A DNA stretch of 64,000 nt from Lytechinus pictus (lineage: Eukaryota): contig NC_087246.1 of NCBI RefSeq assembly GCF_037042905.1, positions 34,844,001-34,908,000 on the forward strand. The letters are read 5' to 3'. Position numbers and translations under genes: made by a program. Below, in pieces: positions 59,701-64,000 of this stretch. The notes under the pieces are model-generated. The model was not told where the DNA came from, searched no databases, and was given only the letters and a program-made list of their open reading frames with translations. The stretch's first letter is position 1. Every line of letters begins with the position of its first letter.

Positions 59701-60603
59701 CAAAGGTAGTTCAGATTTTGATTTCTTGACTCTAAAACCCCCAAATAAATATTTTGAACAACTCTATCAAAATGGAATCATAATTGTAATTTGTAATCAA
59801 AGTTGTAATTTTTGAAAATGACAGGCAGCTGTCAGTTTGATTTTTATGGCGGCAATCTCTGATTAGGCGGTCAAGTTTAGGTCAGTTAACTGTGTGGACT
59901 AAAGATTTTAATTTCCTAACCTCAAAAATCCCCATGTTGCTATTTTAAAAAGCTCATTTATAGCACAAATCAACCCAAATTCCGTTTTTTTCAAACTGGC
60001 CACCAGCAGCCACTCTGGATATTTTAATTATACCATAGTCAATCTCTGTTCAGGAGGTCAAGATCACTCCAACTCATCAAATAGACTTAAGATTTTGATT
60101 TCCTTTTCCCTATAAAACTCATTCTTTATAATATTTTTATCAGCTTTATAGCAAAATCCACCCCCAAATTTCTTTTTAAAATGGTTTCCGGCAGCCATTT
60201 CAAAGCTTTTATACGAATTTCATGGTCAATTTTTCTTCATACAATTAATTGTCCAGAAACGCATTATACATGATTGTGATTGGCAAATTTATTTTATTCC
60301 ATTAACGTTTAGCTTTAAAATATAGACATTTGTGACCCATAAATTGGCAGCCACCTTGGAGTTTGACGTTGGGGTAAGTCAATTCAGCAAATAGATGTCA
60401 CATGTCAATCTCTTGAAAACTTTACCCCTAAATCAATATTTCTGTCAGATTACTAGGCCAAATTGCCCAAAATATTCTCAAAATGGTATCTAGCTGAATT
60501 TTCCCTAATTTCACAAACCCTTAGAAAAATTGGCATACTGGCTATTTTTTTTTTTTTATTAGAGCACAAATGGTCAAAAAAAGATCTTTACACTCCACAT
60601 TCC

Positions 60604-62482
60604 TCACTTGAACCTAGGAAGTGATTCGCTAGGTCCATAGGAGAGCTTGTGCGTCACAGACTGTAGATGGTTGGACCATAGGGTGACCCTTTGATTGTGA
60701 GCAGAGCCATCAAGGGATTCAGTCGAGTGAAGGAAGCTACATCTTTTTTTAAATCTCTTTTTGGCAGGTTCATAGTTAAAGGGTGGATGAAGAGGGTGAT
60801 CTTCTTGCTCGTTTTTCCACCTTTGCTGACACCTATCTTCTGATGTGTGAATGGGCAATACCACACAGTAGGTAGAGATCATCTGCTCTTGTTTTGTCGC
60901 AGCCAGTAATTGCTCTGCAAGCAGCATTCAGGGCTGTATCAATCTTTGCAGCATGTGATGACCTAAAACGGATGGGGACTGCATACTCAGCAGTCTAGTA
61001 GCATAGAGCAAGAGCTGTCGCACGGATGGTTTTGGCATCTGTTCCCATTTTATGTTGGCAAGCTTCTTCAGGATGCTGTTCCTTGCTCCAACTTTAGCCT
61101 TTGTCTTGGAAACATGGTCTTTGTAGGTAAGGGAACTGTCTAGGGTGACGTCAAGGTAGATTGGCTTACTGGTGTGTTCCAACCATTTTCTATACCATCT
61201 GAACCTTAGTTATTGGTCTGCATCTCTGTTTTTTAGGTGAAAAGCACTGAGTTGGGTTTTTTCTGGATTTTCCCAGAGATGATTTGCAGCGTAGTAAGGA
61301 GTCATGCCTACCAGAGCATTGCTGAGTGCTTTTTCATCTCTTCAGAGGACTGTTTCTGTGAAGCAATGCAAATGTCATCAGCGTACAGGTAGCTCTCACT
61401 ATTTGGTGGATTGGTTGGTCATTTGTGTAGATGCTAAAGAGTGGGACGATGATTCTTCCTTGTGGGAGACCTTTTCTGTGTCAGCCATCTGCTACTGAAA
61501 CCACTGAGATGCACAAAAACTGCTGATTTGAGAGCATGCTCTGAATCATCTGTGTTAGCTAAAGCCTTCCTTTGTCATCTCAAAGACTTACCTTGTGAGT
61601 ATTCGATGATTGTGTCATAAGCTGCAATGAGGTCAACAAAGGCTGCTCCAGTTATCAACCCTTTCTCGAAGCCACCATCTTCAATGCACTGTGCCAGATT
61701 CAGCAGTTGACTAGTACAGGACTTTCCGGCCTAAATCCTGCCTGTTCTGGAATGAGGAGCTCATTCACCAAGGGAGCAATGTGGTTGAGTAGGAGCCTTT
61801 CAAAGATCTTGTATGTGTGACAAAGCAGAGATATGGGCCGGTAGCTCTTTGCAATGGCTGGTCTTTTGCCTGGCTTGAGTAAGGCAACTACCCTTGATTT
61901 CCTCCATAAGTTTGGCATTGTGCTTTCACTCAGACAGAAGTTTAGCATGTCAAGCAGCCGTTGGATTGCAACAGGTCCAAGATGTTTCATCTGCTCACAG
62001 ATCGAGGACATCATCCAATCCAGCTGCCTTGCTGATCTTCATTGCTTGATAGCATTGCACAAGTCGTTCATGCTGAAAGGTCTTGTGAACTCAGATGACT
62101 CTTGGCAGGCTGTCCGCACACTTTTAGGTTGGATCTTCGCGGGTGATTATGAGGGTTACCTTGGTTGTTCACTAGAAGCTGGTGGCCACTTGGCCGGCGG
62201 TAACTTGGGACCTAGATTGGGACTTTGTAGAGTCTTTCCCAAGGATCCGAATCTGCATGGTGTTTCTGCCGGTCCTGAATATAGCTTGTACGGCATTCTT
62301 GTGGAATATTCTTCCTTGATGATTTCTTCAGCAGCTCTAAAAATGTGTCGTAATGAGTAGGGAGTGCAGGGAGGTTCTGAAGATATGTATCCAGATCTAT
62401 GGCAAACTGCTCAGTTTACTTTCTTCAGGTTGAAAGTCTGCAGAAGGGAACTTTGCGAGGAGTGATGTTTACCACGGCATCA
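60604..62482 (-). mobile_element. Degenerate non-LTR retrotransposon (Vingi/Ingi-clade-like) reverse transcriptase region
   Basis: LWRKSRVVALLKPGK...SYRPISLLCHTYKIFERLL...EQAGFRP, AAFVDL..AYDT, LYADDICI (~61363-61389), YLDVTLDSSLTYKDH...RNSILKKLAN. Multiple frameshifts and stops. Clade assigned from recalled motif similarity. Confidence 0.85.
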
Positions 62483-63692
62483 GGCCATTTGCAACATTGA
62501 TATTTATCATATAAAATTAAATTATTTTATACACTACCAAAGCAGCAGCAACAATAATATCAATGTTTAGCAACCTACGTGTATACTTTGGCGGAAATGA
62601 AAGAAAAATCGGACTCTACATATTTTTATTAAAACTTTTCTGGTCTGAGCCGTTACCATGACAATAGGCAATTTGCAACATTGATATTTATTAATAAAAT
62701 CAAGCGTTCCCAAGGAAACATCAATTTTTATCATTCTAATGAATTCATGCAGAATAATTACGTAATTTTGGTTTTGGTCATGTAGATTAGTTCGTTTTTA
62801 CTGTACATCCCACCATTACCTTTTTCAACATGTTATTTTTTACCAAATAAGTTGGTATTTGGTTGCCATGGCAATGGTCTGAGATGGTACTTACATATTT
62901 ACCAACAAGCATATTTATTTTTAGCAACCTAAACTTAGCGGAAATGAACGAAAAAAATGTGACTCTATATGTTTTTATCAAAATGTGTTCTTTTCTGATA
63001 AAAATAAGATGTTACCATGGCAACGGGCCATTTGCAATATTGATATTTATCTTTAAATTCAAGCATTCTCAAGGCAACATCAATTCCTACCATTCCAATA
63101 AACTCATGCATAACACTTATGTAGTTTTTATTCTAAATGAGTGGGAAAAATCCAATGCATGTAGATTACATGTAGGTCGCCTTTATTGTATTTCTCGCCA
63201 TTGTTTTTTTTTACCATGTTATTTCTTTTTTTACCAAATTAGGTATTATTTGGTTGCCATGGCAATGGAATGAGAGTGTATTTATACATTAAGCAAAAAC
63301 CACTCCTATGTTTAACACCCTAAACGCCGGGAAAATGAAAAAAAAAACAGATTCTACAACTGTAAATCAAAATTTTTACTTTTCTGGAGGAAAAATGAGC
63401 AGTTACCATGGCAACGGGCCAATTGGAACCAATTTGATGATCTTAAATATTTTCGAATTTCATTTGTATTTAATTGGAACCCTGAAATCAATCTATTGGC
63501 TAATTTATATCATGTTTATCTACCATTTACAGGGGGATACATGCAATTTTTGAGAAATTAATCCGTTGCCATGGCAACGGTCCAAGACGGCATTTATAAA
63601 TTTGGCAACAAGCAGATTCGTATTCAGCACCCTAAAAATAGGGGGATAAGCACAAAAAATCAGATTCTACAGAAAATTTTTGGAATTCTTAC

Positions 63693-63920
63693 TACTTGCC
63701 GCCTACTAATATGTCATGCATTTGCAGAACAGTAACCTAATCATGTCGCGGGAAAAATTGGAACATGCGCGAAAGTCATTGTCGCCCTCTCTAGTCGTGC
63801 CGGGGTAAAGGGGAAATCCCGAATCGTTGACTCGAGTCGATCGACTTTACACACGAGTCGGGACACGGAGTCCAATCAATTTGGTCCCCATCTCGATATT
63901 TCTACCAGATTTAAATCCCC
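63693..63920 (-). promoter_or_regulatory. Probable SSRP1 promoter and non-coding first exon: two E2F sites, CCAAT box, CTCF-like motif
   Basis: TTTCCCGC (63748-63755) and TTTCGCGC (63767-63774) on the minus strand, CCAAT 63872-63876, GTCGCCCTCTCTAGT 63781-63795, locally CpG-rich. Candidate donor GTAAGA at 63692 and 5'UTR acceptor CTACCAG ending at 55921. Confidence 0.5.
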
Positions 63921-64000
63921 TATTTACGTAAGCCCAAGTTTGGTTGCTTCATATTTCTCTTTTTCTTTTCAAAAGATTATACCTTTTTACAAAATCAATG

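Larger units (their letters stand above)
56062..63690. mobile_element. Fold-back composite DNA transposon with long modular inverted arms (~56062-57880 and ~62483-63690)
   Basis: 56070-56760 is a close reverse complement of 63000-63683, with more degenerate mirroring further in. The arms are built from repeated modules centred on GTTGCCATGGCAAC. Exact termini and TSD are unclear; no transposase ORF seen. Confidence 0.8.

Noticed and set aside
61854-62360. 168-aa plus-strand ORF
   Set aside because: Antisense to the LINE reverse transcriptase remnant.

Overview
Eukaryotic, AT-rich, repeat-dense genomic DNA. The MITE/SINE repertoire and gene style suggest an echinoid (sea-urchin-like) genome; this is inference, not a database match. 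The one protein-coding gene I can firmly support is SSRP1 (FACT complex subunit) on the minus strand. It reconstructs by hand into 16 phase-compatible GT-AG coding exons (55845 to 14957; 2217 nt, 738 aa) with N-terminal/dimerisation PH, double-PH middle, acidic, HMG-box and acidic C-terminal regions. The last intron is ~25 kb, whereas the others are 0.37-3.4 kb. The probable E2F/CCAAT promoter (~63.7-63.9 kb) is separated from the first coding exon by a ~7.6 kb fold-back composite element. Its modular inverted arms carry many RFX X-box palindromes, and it holds nested Tc1, SINE, L2-like and Vingi-like LINE pieces. Intron 1 contains a CpG-rich promoter-like stretch with a candidate plus-strand first exon, plus a three-layer transposon nest. 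The remainder is non-autonomous DNA transposons (TTAA/Kolobok-like, PIF/Harbinger, hAT-like, CACTA-like, Helentron-type), tRNA-derived SINEs, tandem repeats and N-runs that coincide with trinucleotide microsatellites. Most ORF-track entries are spurious. I found no rRNA, genuine tRNA or CRISPR. I cannot demonstrate a wholly new biological system; the best leads are listed as findings.
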